From: an uncultured Actinomycetota bacterium
GTDB lineage: Bacteria; Actinomycetota; UBA4738; HRBIN12
NCBI GenBank assembly: GCA_963711655.1
Contig: CAVQEW010000015.1
Coordinates: forward strand, 241,050 to 305,049
Length of the DNA: 64,000 bases
Direction: 5' to 3'
The first letter of the stretch is position 1. Every line of letters begins with the position of its first letter. This document shows positions 53,761 to 63,944 of this stretch, piece after piece. A program made the translations under genes and the position numbers. The notes beneath the pieces are model-generated. The model was not told the DNA's origin. It did not search any database and was given only the letters and a program-made list of their open reading frames with translations.

Positions 53761-55241
53761 GGGAGCCCCTGTACCGTCCGCGGCCCGGCACGATCCCCAC
53801 GCTGGGCGTGCCGTCGCTCGAGGGCGTGCGGTCCGTCCATCTGATCGGCATCGGGGGAGCGGGGATGCGGAACCTGGCCCGGCTCCTGCTGGCGCGCGGG
53901 GTCGAGGTGTCGGGGTCGGACCTCAAGGACTCCGAGGGGCTGCGGGAGCTCGAGGCCGCGGGCGCTCGCATCCGCGTCGGCCACGACGCGACCTCGCTCG
54001 GCCACCCCGACGCCGTGGTGATCTCGACCGCGATCGGGGAGGACAACCCGGAGCTCGCGAGCGCGCGCGAGCGCGGACTCGCCGTCTGGGCCCGTCAACA
54101 GGCGATCGCGGCGATCGCGGAGGCGCACCGGTCGATCGCCGTGGCGGGCACGACGGGGAAGACGACGACCACGTCGATGATCGCCACGGTCCTGGACGAG
54201 GCCGGCCTGCATCCGACGTACCTGATCGGCGGCGATCTCAACGAGAGCGGGAGCGGCGCGAAGGCCGGCGCCGGCGACCTCTTCGTGTTCGAAGCCGATG
54301 AGAGCGACGGCTCGTTCCTGCTCGCGGATCCCGCGATCGGCGTGGTCACGAACGTCGAGGTCGATCACGTGGACTTCTATCCGGGCGGCGAGGAAGAGCT
54401 GCGCCGGGCGTTCGCGGAGTTCTGCGCGCGGTCGGCTCAGCTCGTCGTCTGCGAAGACGACGAGGGGGCTCGCGAGGCGGTGCGCCTGGCCGGCGCGGAT
54501 CCCCTCCGATACGGCACGTCGCCGTCCGCCGATCTCCGGTTGACGATCGCGACGCCGGGCCCCGGCGGGGCTCGAGGGACCCTGGAGGTGGAGGGGGCGG
54601 CGGTGCCGCTCGCCCTCCGGATCGACGGTGCGCACAACCTCCTCGATGCGGCGGCCGCGATCGCCGTGAGCGGCCTGGTGGGCGTGCCCGCCGCGGCCGC
54701 CGCCCGCACACTCGCATCCTTCGACGGCGTCCGGCGACGCTTCGAAGGACGCGGCACCGCCCGAGGTGCCCAGTTCTTCGACGACTACGCGCACGTCCCG
54801 ACGGAGCTCACGGTGACCCTCGCGGTCGCCCGCGCCCGGAAGCCGGATCGGCTGGTCGCCGTGTTCCAACCGCATCGATACTCGCGGACCCAGACCCTCT
54901 GGCGTGAGCTGGGAGCCGCACTCACGGCGGCCGACCTGATCGTGGTGACCGACGTCTACGGTGCGAACCAGGCGCCGATCCCCGGGGTGACCGGGGCACT
55001 GGTGGTCGAGGGCGTCCGCCGCGCCGATCCCGATCAGGCGGTGATCTACACCCCGCACAGGGAGGAGACGATCGCCTTCCTCGCCGACGAGGTCCGCGAC
55101 GGCGATCTCGTGATCACCTTGGGGTGCGGCGACATCTGGATGGTGGGCGACGCCGCGCTGGCGCGGATCGAGGCCGAGACGAACGCCGCGCGCAGCGCCG
55201 AGACGAACGCCGAGAGCAGCGAAGGTGCTGCTGATGCCTGA
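53757..55241 (+). CDS. murC: UDP-N-acetylmuramate--L-alanine ligase MurC
   Basis: ATG 53757 lies in the frame of ORF 51207..55241. It reads SVHLIGIGGAGMRNLARLLLARG...IAVAGTTGKTTTTSM...FEADESDGSF...VVTNVEVDHVDFY...GAHNLLDAAAAIA...RRRFE...DDYAHVPTE...VFQPHRYSRT. About 494 aa, intact. Confidence 0.9.
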   Translation: MREPLYRPRPGTIPTLGVPSLEGVRSVHLIGIGGAGMRNLARLLLARGVEVSGSDLKDSEGLRELEAAGARIRVGHDATSLGHPDAVVISTAIGEDNPELASARERGLAVWARQQAIAAIAEAHRSIAVAGTTGKTTTTSMIATVLDEAGLHPTYLIGGDLNESGSGAKAGAGDLFVFEADESDGSFLLADPAIGVVTNVEVDHVDFYPGGEEELRRAFAEFCARSAQLVVCEDDEGAREAVRLAGADPLRYGTSPSADLRLTIATPGPGGARGTLEVEGAAVPLALRIDGAHNLLDAAAAIAVSGLVGVPAAAAARTLASFDGVRRRFEGRGTARGAQFFDDYAHVPTELTVTLAVARARKPDRLVAVFQPHRYSRTQTLWRELGAALTAADLIVVTDVYGANQAPIPGVTGALVVEGVRRADPDQAVIYTPHREETIAFLADEVRDGDLVITLGCGDIWMVGDAALARIEAETNAARSAETNAESSEGAADA

Positions 55242-56163
55242 TCTGGCGGAGGCGGAACGGCTCCTGCGTGAGCGGCTCGGTGCCCGGCTGCGGGTGCGGT
55301 TCCCGATCGCGCCGCTCACGACGTTCCGGATCGGCGGCCCGGCGGCCCTCTTCGTCGAGGCGGAGGACGACGACGCCCTCGACGCCGTCGGGCGGGCCGT
55401 CGCCGCGACGGGGATCCCGGTCGCGGTGATCGGCAAGGGCTCCAACATGCTGGTCTCGGACGAGGGGTTCCCGGGCGTCGTGGTGCGCCTGGGCCGCGGG
55501 TATCGATGGGCGGGACGCGACGCCGACCTCCTCACCGCCGGGGGAGCGATGCCGCTGCCCGCGCTGGCGGGCGTCGCGATGCGCCATCGCCTCTCGGGTC
55601 TCGAATTCGGCGTCGCGATCCCCGCGAGCCTCGGCGGCGCCGTGAAGATGAACGCGGGGGCCCATCGACGATCGATGTCGGACGTGATCGAGCGCGTCGA
55701 CGTCTATGGACTCGCCGTTCCAGGGCGGCGTTCCCTCTCCGCGACCGAGGCGGGGTTCGGGTACCGCCGATCCCGCCTTCCGAGCGACGGCATCGTGGTG
55801 GGCGCCGCCGTCCGGCTCGCCCCGGCCGAGGAGTCCGAGATCCGCTCGGCGATGGAGGAAGCGAGGGAGTGGCGGCGTCGCACGCAGCCGCTCGCCGAGC
55901 CGAACTGTGGGTCGGTGTTCAAGAACCCCGACGGTGATCACGCCGCGCGGTTGATCGAGTCCGCGGGCGCCAAGGGTCTCCGGGTCGGTGGGGCGCGGGT
56001 CTCCGAGAAGCACTCGAACTTCATCGTCGCGGACCCGGGCGCGTCCGCCTCGGACGTCTGGAAGCTGATCGAGCAGGTGCGGTCGCGGGTGGAATCGCAC
56101 GCAGGGGTCCATCTCGAGACCGAGGTCGAGTTGATGGGGGCGATCGCCGATGCGGCCGGTTGA
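55234..56163 (+). CDS. murB: UDP-N-acetylenolpyruvoylglucosamine reductase MurB
   Basis: It lies in the frame of ORF 55225..56163, and I prefer ATG 55234, 6 nt after GAAGGTG. Motifs are APLTTFRIGGPAALFVE, VIGKGSNMLVSDEG, GLEFGVAIPASLGGAVKMNAGAH, GYRRS, AEPNCGSVFKNP and SEKHSNFIV. Confidence 0.9.
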   Translation: MPDLAEAERLLRERLGARLRVRFPIAPLTTFRIGGPAALFVEAEDDDALDAVGRAVAATGIPVAVIGKGSNMLVSDEGFPGVVVRLGRGYRWAGRDADLLTAGGAMPLPALAGVAMRHRLSGLEFGVAIPASLGGAVKMNAGAHRRSMSDVIERVDVYGLAVPGRRSLSATEAGFGYRRSRLPSDGIVVGAAVRLAPAEESEIRSAMEEAREWRRRTQPLAEPNCGSVFKNPDGDHAARLIESAGAKGLRVGGARVSEKHSNFIVADPGASASDVWKLIEQVRSRVESHAGVHLETEVELMGAIADAAG

Positions 56164-56881
56164 CCCCCACGGGCGTGCCGTCCGTCGATGGACGATCGCC
56201 GCGCTCGGTCTGGTCGCCGTTGCCGCGGTCGCCGTCGCCGTCACCTACACCCCGCTGTTCGCGGCCGCGGACATCCGGCTCGACGTCCCCCCCGGGCTCC
56301 GCCGGGCAGAGGTCCTCTCGCTCGCCCGGGTGGACGATCGATCGAACGTGTTCCATCTGGACACGGACGCGGTCGAGCGTCGGCTCGAGGGCGATCCGAG
56401 GATCCTCGAGGCGCGAGTGTCCACGTCGCTGCCGGATCGCATCGCGATCGAGATCGTCCCCCGGGCCGCGGTGGCCGTCACGGGGATCCCTCAGACGCTG
56501 GTGGGCGCGGACGGCGTCGTGATCGGCCCCGCCGGCTCCACGACCGATCTGCCGAGGTTGGTCACCCCCCGCGGTCAGCCCCTCGGAACCGAGGACCGGG
56601 AGATCGCGGCCGCGGCGGCCGGAGCGCTCGGGCCTGCCTTGCGGGAGGAGGTCGACGCCGTGGTCGTGGCGGACGACGGAACCCTGCGGATCCGGCTCGC
56701 CGCCGGGTTCTCCGCGATGTTCGGGGACGCGTCGGAACTGGGGGCGAAGTCGGAGTCGTTGGCGGCGCTCCTGGCGTGGATGCACGACGAAGACGTGACG
56801 GTGGTGTCGGCCGACCTGACGGTGCCCGGGAGCCCGACCGCGAAGCTCGCACAGGGCTCAACCGCGGTCGCCGTTCCTTGA
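56150..56881 (+). CDS. ftsQ: cell division protein FtsQ (TM + POTRA + FtsQ domain)
   Basis: 243 aa. It has a TM (WTIAALGLVAVAAVAVAV). POTRA-like text follows (IRLDVPPGLRRAEVLSLARVDDRSNVFHLDTDAVERRLEGDPRILEARVSTSLPDRIAIEIVPR). Its position between murB and ftsZ fits FtsQ. Confidence 0.8.
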   Translation: MRPVDPHGRAVRRWTIAALGLVAVAAVAVAVTYTPLFAAADIRLDVPPGLRRAEVLSLARVDDRSNVFHLDTDAVERRLEGDPRILEARVSTSLPDRIAIEIVPRAAVAVTGIPQTLVGADGVVIGPAGSTTDLPRLVTPRGQPLGTEDREIAAAAAGALGPALREEVDAVVVADDGTLRIRLAAGFSAMFGDASELGAKSESLAALLAWMHDEDVTVVSADLTVPGSPTAKLAQGSTAVAVP

Positions 56882-56958
56882 TCCACACGTGACCTGTCGA
56901 GCGATCCGGTTGTCACGAGAAAGCGCAGACGAGCTCCGGTGGGGGCGACCCGAACTTC

Positions 56959-56987
56959 TTGACGGACCTGCGATTTCCAAGTAGGGT
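56959..56987 (+). promoter_or_regulatory. candidate ftsZ promoter TTGACG - 17 nt - TAGGGT
   Basis: TTGACG lies at 56959..56964 and TAGGGT (TAnnnT) at 56982..56987. They sit in the 285-nt ftsQ-ftsZ spacer, which is visibly less GC-rich than its flanks. Confidence 0.35.
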
Positions 56988-57166
56988 CGCTACCTCCACA
57001 TGAGCTAGATATGGTAATAACGTTCAAGTGGAACCTTAGGGTTTTGCAGCACACAGCTTTGCAGCGATCAGCAGTGTGCACCACACGGTCAGGCAGCGCA
57101 GTCGTACGCAGCGCGAATACGAGTCGAGACTCCAGGTAGGCGGGCCGGGGCCCGGGGGGGATTCGG

Positions 57167-58318
57167 ATGATGGATGCTCCGCAGAACTACCTCGCCGTGA
57201 TCAAGGTTGTCGGCATCGGCGGGGGCGGCGTGAACGCCGTGAACCGGATGATCGAGGCAGGCCTCCGGGGCGTCGAGTTCACCGCCATCAACACCGACGC
57301 GCAGACGCTCTTGATGTCCGATGCCGAGGTGAAGCTCGACATCGGCCGGGAGACCACACGCGGTCTCGGTGCCGGGTCCGACCCCGATGTCGGTCGGCGT
57401 GCAGCGGAGGAGCACGCCGACGAGATCGAGGAGATCATCAAGGGCGCCGACATGGTGTTCATCACGGCCGGCGAGGGCGGCGGCACCGGTACCGGAGGTG
57501 CGCCGATCGTCGCGGAGGTCGCGCGGAACCTCGGCGCCTTGACGATCGGCGTCGTCACGCGTCCCTTCGGGTTCGAAGGGCGCAAGCGCGCGACCCAGGC
57601 GGACCTCGGGATCACGGAGCTGAAGAAGGCGGTCGACACCTTGATCGTGGTGCCGAACGATCGGCTCCTCCAGGTGGCCGACGCCTCCATGCCGATGATC
57701 GACGCGTTCCGGATGGCCGACCAGGTCCTCTATCAAGGAGTGGACGGCATCACGTCCCTCATCACGACCCCCGGTCTCATCAACCTCGACTTCGCCGACG
57801 TGAAGTCGATCATGGCCGGCGCGGGTTCCGCCCTGATGGGGATCGGACTCGGATCCGGTCCCGACCGAGCGACCGAGGCTGCGAAGGCGGCGATCAGCTC
57901 GCCCTTGCTCGAGTCCTCGATCGACGGCGCGAAGGGCGTGCTGCTCTCGATCGCCGGCCCGACCGACCTGACCCTCCACGAGGTGAACGCCGCCGCGGAC
58001 GCGATCACCCGTGTCGCGCACCCCGACGCCAACATCATCTTCGGCGCGGTGGTCGACGACGCCCTGGGCGAGGAGGTCCGCGTCACGGTCGTGGCCGCGG
58101 GCTTCGACAAGGTCACGGCCATCTCGGACAGCCGCTTCGAGAGCCGGCTCTCCCGGTTGCTCGAGGAGCCCGGTGGTGAGGCGGAGGACGAGGAACCGCT
58201 TCCGTCGATCCTGGCCGAGGACGACGAGGACCGGGTCTTCACCAACGGCGAGCAGTCTCCATCCGTGAGTTTCGACGCACAGGAGGACCTGGACATCCCG
58301 GACTTCCTCAAGAGCTGA
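57167..58318 (+). CDS. ftsZ: cell division GTPase FtsZ
   Basis: 383 aa. Motifs are [52 protein letters not shown] and NLDFADV. The C-terminal peptide is [10 protein letters not shown]. Confidence 0.97.
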   Translation: MMDAPQNYLAVIKVVGIGGGGVNAVNRMIEAGLRGVEFTAINTDAQTLLMSDAEVKLDIGRETTRGLGAGSDPDVGRRAAEEHADEIEEIIKGADMVFITAGEGGGTGTGGAPIVAEVARNLGALTIGVVTRPFGFEGRKRATQADLGITELKKAVDTLIVVPNDRLLQVADASMPMIDAFRMADQVLYQGVDGITSLITTPGLINLDFADVKSIMAGAGSALMGIGLGSGPDRATEAAKAAISSPLLESSIDGAKGVLLSIAGPTDLTLHEVNAAADAITRVAHPDANIIFGAVVDDALGEEVRVTVVAAGFDKVTAISDSRFESRLSRLLEEPGGEAEDEEPLPSILAEDDEDRVFTNGEQSPSVSFDAQEDLDIPDFLKS

Positions 58319-58457
58319 GACGTCCGCCCCGCGCGGCCCCTCGATCCGGGGCGGGGAGGTCCGAGTGAGGAGGCGCCCTTCCCCCGCCTCCTCCCGGAAG
58401 GACCTCCTTGCCCCGTTCGTCGTTCCCGAGGGGTCGAGGGACGGCCGGGAGGACGAG

Positions 58458-59172
58458 GTGTCCACGGATCGCGAGCAGGTCCAACGGAACGTCGCCACGG
58501 TGGTCTCCGGGATCGCGGACGCCGCGTCGCGCGTCGGTCGCGATCCCCGCGACGTCTCGCTCATCGCCGTGACGAAGACGGTCGACGTCGAGCGCATCCG
58601 GTGGGCGGTCGACGCCGGCGTGCAGCGCGTTGGGGGAGAACTACGTCCAGGAGCTTCGCCAGAAGCACGACGCGATCCCCGGGGTGTCCTGGCACTACAT
58701 CGGGACGCTGCAGTCGAGCACCGCGCACCAGGTCGCCGATCACGCAGACGTGGTGCAGACGATCGCGGGGGAGCGAGCGGCGCGACGCCTCGCCGGTCGG
58801 GCGGCTCGCTCCGGACGGTCGCTCGATGCGTTGATCGAGGTCGACCTGACGGATGGGCGCGCCGGGGTTCGCCCCGAAGAGCTCCCCGCGTTCGCGGATC
58901 TCGTCGGCTCGCTCGAGGGACTGCGACTCGTCGGCCTCATGACGATGCCCCCGATCCCCGAGGACCCGGAAGACTCCCGCCCGTTCTTCGCGGAGCTCCG
59001 GCGACTCCGGGAAGCGCTCCAGGAACGGCATCCGGATGTGCTGGAATCGTCGATGGGGATGTCGTTGGATTACGGGGTCGCGGTGGAAGAAGGCGCTACG
59101 ATGGTCCGCATCGGGACCGCGGTGTTCGGGCCCCGAGCAGCCAGGTGCCCGAGCAGCCAGGTGGGACACTAG
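58458..59172 (+). pseudogene. yggS: YggS/PLPBP-family pyridoxal-phosphate homeostasis protein; one +1 frameshift as sequenced
   Basis: GTG 58458 follows GGAGGACGAG. VSTDREQVQRNVATVVSGIADAASRVGRDPRDVSLIAVTKTVDVERIRWAVDAGVQRVG lies in the frame of ORF 58365. ENYVQELRQKHD...WHYIGTLQS...LIEVDL...GLMTMPP...SMGMSLDY..AVEEGATMVRIGTAVFG lies in ORF 58630..59172. The junction is the GGGGG run 58632-58636. Confidence 0.85.
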
Positions 59173-59197
59173 GCCGGGGAACTAGGGAGGAACCAGC

Positions 59198-59665
59198 ATG
59201 ACGGGCGTGTGGAAGAAGACGCTGAACTATCTCGGTCTGGTGGAGGACGACGAGGAGTTCGTCGAGGAGCTCCCGGACGTCGAGCCGGCGCCCGTGCGAC
59301 GCATGCGCCCGCAACCGGTGCGCGACGTCTCCTCCGACGCGGAAGGCGTCGTGCGCACGATCGCCGCACCTCGCCAGGCGGGCGCTTCCTCCGCGATCCA
59401 CAAGTCGGAGCCCAAGCGCTTCAACGAGGCCCGCGAGGTCGCCGACCGCTTCAAGGAAGGCACCGCCGTCATCATGAACCTCCAGGGGACGGAGGACTCC
59501 ACGGCCAGGAGGCTGGTCGACTTCGCCTCGGGTCTCGTCTACGGGCTCGACGGCAAGATCGAGCTCGTCGCCAACCGCGTCTACCTGCTCACCCCGGCGG
59601 ACGTCGAGGTGTCGGCCGAGGAGCGCGAACGCCTCGCCGGCGGGGGCTTCTACAACCAGTTCTGA
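59198..59665 (+). CDS. sepF: cell division protein SepF
   Basis: 155 aa. It starts MTGVWKKTLNYLGLVEDDEE. The C-terminal domain reads PKRFNEAREVADRFKEGTAVIMNLQGTEDSTARRLVDFASGLVYGLDGKIELVANRVYLLTPADVEV. Confidence 0.92.
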   Translation: MTGVWKKTLNYLGLVEDDEEFVEELPDVEPAPVRRMRPQPVRDVSSDAEGVVRTIAAPRQAGASSAIHKSEPKRFNEAREVADRFKEGTAVIMNLQGTEDSTARRLVDFASGLVYGLDGKIELVANRVYLLTPADVEVSAEERERLAGGGFYNQF

Positions 59666-59707
59666 CGTAACCCGGCCCGTCGAGGTCGCTGCTAGCATCG
59701 CGCCTCG

Positions 59708-59992
59708 ATGACGGGGGCGAACGGCAACGACTTCGTGAGCGAGATCCTCTGCCTGATCCTCCTCGTGATGATGATCGTGCTGTTCATCCGCGTGATCTTG
59801 GATTGGGTCGCGCTGGCGGGCTGGCGTCCACCACACACCGGTCCGGTGCGGGCGGCGCTCGACGTGGTCATCGACGTGACGGAGCCGCCGCTCCGACTGC
59901 TCCGGAGGATCGTCCCCCCGACCGGCGGGTTCGACCTCTCGGTCCTGGTTGCGTTCGTCGCGCTGACCGTGTTGCGTACAGTGGTCTGTTGA
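59708..59992 (+). CDS. YggT-family membrane protein
   Basis: 94 aa. ILCLILLVMMIVLFIRVILDWV...VIDVTEPPLRLLRRIVPPTGGFDLSVLVAFVALTVL is the typical YggT pattern, and it sits in the typical position after sepF. Confidence 0.85.
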   Translation: MTGANGNDFVSEILCLILLVMMIVLFIRVILDWVALAGWRPPHTGPVRAALDVVIDVTEPPLRLLRRIVPPTGGFDLSVLVAFVALTVLRTVVC

Positions 59993-60015
59993 CCATGAGC
60001 TGATGAGAGGTTGAG

Positions 60016-60747
60016 ATGAGGAAGAAGGACGCGGCGAAGGATGACGGATCGGAGTGGAGCGCGGCCCCCGTGGCCCCGGCGACTCCTGCGGGACGGATGA
60101 CGCCCGCCGAGGTGCAGGAGAAGGAGTTCCACGTCACCCGTGTCGGCTCGGGCTACCGCATGCGCGAGGTCGATGAGTTCCTCGACCAGGTGACCGACAC
60201 CCTGTCCGCCCTCATCGCGGAGAACGACCGGCTCCGGGGGACCGCCGCGCCCGAGCGGGCCGCGAGCCTCCCGACGAGCCGGCCCGCGGCCGCGGATCCC
60301 GAGGATCGTGGCGCGGTGGAGGCGTTCCTCCGGCGCGAGAAGGGGTTCCTCCAGGACCTCGGGGGACTCGTCCAGGCGCACGCGGAGGAGCTGCGATCGA
60401 TGGTGCGGACCGTCAGGCGCGATGCCGCCGTCGCGCCGGCCGCGGCTCCGTCGCGATCCGCGGTCGCGGAGGAGACCCCCGCACCGGCGGAGCCGGCGCA
60501 GGCTCCGACCGGAACGATCGAGCCACCGCCGGAACCAGAGCCGAGACCGGAACCAGAACCAGAGCACGGCCACGAGGAGGAGCCGACGACGTCCGATCAG
60601 ATCGACGACGTCGCGGCCCCGACGGCGATCACCGAAGCGGACGGCGACGAGCCGATCCTGCTGGAGGAGCCGGAGCCCGCACGGTCGCGCCGATCCGAGG
60701 AAGAGGAGGGCAACTCGCTCCGGGAGCTCTTCTGGGGCGAGGAGTGA
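60016..60747 (+). CDS. divIVA: DivIVA-domain protein (Wag31-like)
   Basis: 243 aa. MTPAEVQEKEFHVTRVGSGYRMREVDEFLDQVTDTLSALIAENDRLR is the DivIVA N-terminal domain. It is followed by coiled-coil and Pro/Glu-rich low-complexity text. Confidence 0.88.
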   Translation: MRKKDAAKDDGSEWSAAPVAPATPAGRMTPAEVQEKEFHVTRVGSGYRMREVDEFLDQVTDTLSALIAENDRLRGTAAPERAASLPTSRPAAADPEDRGAVEAFLRREKGFLQDLGGLVQAHAEELRSMVRTVRRDAAVAPAAAPSRSAVAEETPAPAEPAQAPTGTIEPPPEPEPRPEPEPEHGHEEEPTTSDQIDDVAAPTAITEADGDEPILLEEPEPARSRRSEEEEGNSLRELFWGEE

Positions 60748-60753
60748 GGCCTC

Positions 60754-63700
60754 TCAGGTCGCTCGCCTGAGGCTGACGACCACCGGCGTCCCCTCGAGAT
60801 CCCCTTCGAGCCGGAAGCCCTCCACCTCGCTCGTCTCCACGCTCGTGGCGAGCGTCTCCGCGGCGATCTCGTCCCGGTGGGCGGCCAGTGCCTCGGCGGG
60901 CTCGCCCGACGTCTCGACCGCCAGCCGGATCCGATCCGTGACCTCGAGCCCGGCCTCCTTCCGCGCGTCCTGCACCATGCGGACCAGCTCGCGCGCCACG
61001 CCCTCCCGCCGGAGCTCCGGCGTGAGCTCGAGCTCCAGCGCGACGGTCACGCCCCCTTCCGTCGCCACGCCGTAGCCCGACCGAACGTCGTGGCTGAGGG
61101 CGACGTCAGCCCGGCCCGATCGAGACGGCCGCGCCGTCGCCGAGGGGCACATCCACCGACCCGCCGTCGGCGAGCCGCTCGGCGAGCGTCCCGTCGTCCT
61201 CGTCCAGGGCGGCGGCGACGCGTTGCACCTCGGAGCCGAGTCGCGGGCCGAGCACCTTGAAGTCGGGTTTGGCGCGCCAGCGACCGAACGCCTCGGCCGA
61301 GCCCGCGAGGTCCACCCGCTTGACGTTCAACTCCTCGGCCACGGTGCCGAGCAGATCGCCGAACGACCCCGCGTCGCTCGCGAGATGCACGGCCGCCGAC
61401 GGCAGGGGTTGCCTCGTTCTGGTCTTGGTCTCGGTGCGGATCCGTCGGCCGAGCTCGACGACCTGTCGCGCGAGCGCCATCGCCTCGTCCAACCCGGGAT
61501 CGATGTCCGCCTCGTGGACCTGCGGGTAGTCGGCGAGGTGGACGGACTCCGGGCGCCCGGCGCGTCCGGCGGCGAGATTCGACCAGAGCTCCTCCGAGAC
61601 GAACGGGGTGAACGGCGCGAGCAGCGTGGCGGTCGTGACGAGACACGTATGCAAGGTCTGGAACGCGGCGACGCTGTCCTCGCCGCCTTGCCCGCCCGGG
61701 TTCCAGAACCGGCGGCGGGATCGCCGGACGTACCAGTTCGACAGATCGTCGACGAACGCCTGGATCCGCCGGCCGGCCCCCGTGACGTCGTAGGCGTCCA
61801 TCCCTTCACGAACCTCACGCACGGTGCCTGCGAGACGGGAAAGGATCCATCGATCGAGGTGTGGCCGGGAGGAGACGGGGGGAGCCGTCGCGGCATCCGG
61901 GTCGACGCCCCCGGCGTTCGCGTACAGCACGAAGAAGGAGTAGGTGTGCCAGAGCGTGAGGAGGAACTGGCGGACCGCCTCTTCCAGGACGGTGTCGCCG
62001 AGGCGGCGTGAGGACCATGGTGAGCCGCTCGTCAACAGGACCCATCGGAGCGCGTCCGCTCCGTGACGTTGCATCACCGTCATCGGATCCACCACGTTGC
62101 CGAGGGACTTCGACATCTTCCGGCCCTGCTCGTCGACGATGAAGCCGAAGCAGACCACGGTCTTGTAGGCGGACGAATCGAAGTGCAGGACCCCTTCGGC
62201 CATCAAGGTGTAGAACCACCCGCGCGTCTGGTCGATCGCCTCGGAGATGAAGTCGGCGGGGAATCGCCGTTCGAACTCGTCCTCACCGCGCCCCAGGTCG
62301 GGGTGGTACCCCCACTGCGCGAACGGCATCGCGCCGGAGTCGTACCACGCATCGATCACCTCGGGGACCCGACGCGACTCGTCGCCGCACTCCGGACAGG
62401 CGAACAGGACCTCGTCGATGGCGGGTCGGTGCGGGTCGAGATCCGACAGGTCGCGTCCGGCGTGCGTCCCGAGCTCGGCCAGGGATGCGATCGACGGTGA
62501 CGTGCCCCTGGCCGCAGCGCCAGATCGGCAAGGGCGTCCCCCAGTACCGCTCGCGGGACAGGGCCCAGTCCACGTTGTTCTCGAGCCAGTTGCCGAAACG
62601 GCCGTGCCGGATGTGGTCGGGGTGCCAGTCGACGGCGTCGTTCACCTCCAGGAGGCGTTCCTTCACGGCGGTCGTCCTCACGTACCACGACGTCCGCGCG
62701 TAATAGAGGAGTGGGGTCTGGCAGCGCCAGCAGAAGGGATAGGTGTGCGAGATCGTGCCCGCCCGGAAGAGGCGCCCGCGCGCCTCGAGGTCCTCGACGA
62801 TCACCGGGTCGGCGTCCTTCACGAAGAGCCCGCGGATGAACTCGGGGCCGAGCTCGGTGAACCGACCGTCGTCGCCGACCGGCTTGAACACCGGCCATCC
62901 CTCCACGAGCCCGGCCTCCAGGTCGGCCGCGCCGAACGCCGGGGCCAGGTGGACGATGCCGGTCCCGTCCTCCATCTGCACGAACGCGCCCGCCACGACC
63001 GTGTGGGCGCCCTCGACGTTGGGATACGGCGGCTCGTACCGCGCCCCCAGGAGCGCCTGACCCGGCACGGTGCTCCCGGCCGACCATCCCTCGCCGAGCG
63101 CCTCGGCGAGGAGTGGCTCCGCGACGATCGCACGCTCGCCGTCGTGCTCGGCGACGACGTAGTTGGCCGTGGCGTCGACCGCGACGCCCGTGTTCGACGG
63201 GAGCGTCCACGGCGTCGTGGTCCACACGAGGAGCGAGGCCCCCACGAGCTCCGGGTCGGCGGCCTCGACGATCGGGAACCGGACGTACACGCTCGGGTCC
63301 TCGACCGTCTCGTAGCCGAGGGCCACCTCGGCGTCGGAGAGCGCGGTCCCGCATCGCGGACAGTACGCGGTGACCTTGTCCGCCTCGACGAGCAGACCGC
63401 GCTCGTGCAGGCGTTTGAGCGACCACCAGACGGACTCGACGTACGTCGGATCCATCGTCCAGTAGGCATCCTGCATGTCGATCCAGAAGCCGATCCTCCG
63501 CGTCAGGTCCTCCCAGTCGCGGACGTAGCGCCGGACGGACTCGCGGCAGCGCTCGTTGAACTCGGCGACCCCGAACGCCTCGATGTCGCGCTTGCCGGAG
63601 GTCCCGATCGCCTTCTCCACCTCGATCTCGACCGGCAGCCCGTGACAGTCCCACCCCGCCTTGCGATGCACGAGATGCCCGGTCATCGCGCGGTAGCGGG

Positions 63701-63944
63701 GGTAGACGTCCTTGAAGGTCCGGGTGACGGCGTGGCCGATGTGCGGTTTCGCGTTGGCGGTGGGCGGGCCGTCGTAGAAGACCCACTCCGGCGCGCCCTC
63801 GCGCTGCTCGATCGACCGGCGGAAGATGTCGGCTTCGTCCCAGAAGGAGAGGATCCGCTCCTCGAGCTCCGGGAACCGGACCCGGGGATCCACCGGCCGG
63901 AACCGCGGCCCGTCGTCGTTCGCCATCCGTTCGCCTCCCGACAC
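60754..63944 (-). pseudogene. ileS: isoleucine--tRNA ligase; two +1 frameshifts as sequenced
   Basis: The protein is spread over three ORF pieces.
- 62283..63944: ...YDGPPTANAKPHIGHAVTR (HIGH)...WDCHGLP...YWGTPLPIWRCGQGHVTV.
- 61106..62359 plus its open upstream extension: IASLAELGTHAGRDLSDLDPHRP...ACPECGDESRRVPEVIDAWYDSGAMPF...KMSKSLGN (KMSKS)...VSIGP.
- 60754..61152: ADVALSHDVRSGYGVATEGGVTVALELELTPELRREG...*.
The junctions are at about 62492 and the CCC/GGG run 61110-61112. The start is GTG 63944 (SD GAGG inside the leader hairpin) or ATG 63926 (SD GGGAGG). Confidence 0.92.

Noticed and set aside
58324-58354. The hairpin CCGCCCCG...CGGGGCGG after ftsZ as an intrinsic terminator. The hairpin CCGGTCC-tgaga-GGACCGG at 9859..9877 was considered in the same way.
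   Set aside because: Neither is followed by a U tract on the relevant strand. GC-rich inverted repeats are frequent here. The evidence is insufficient for a terminator call.
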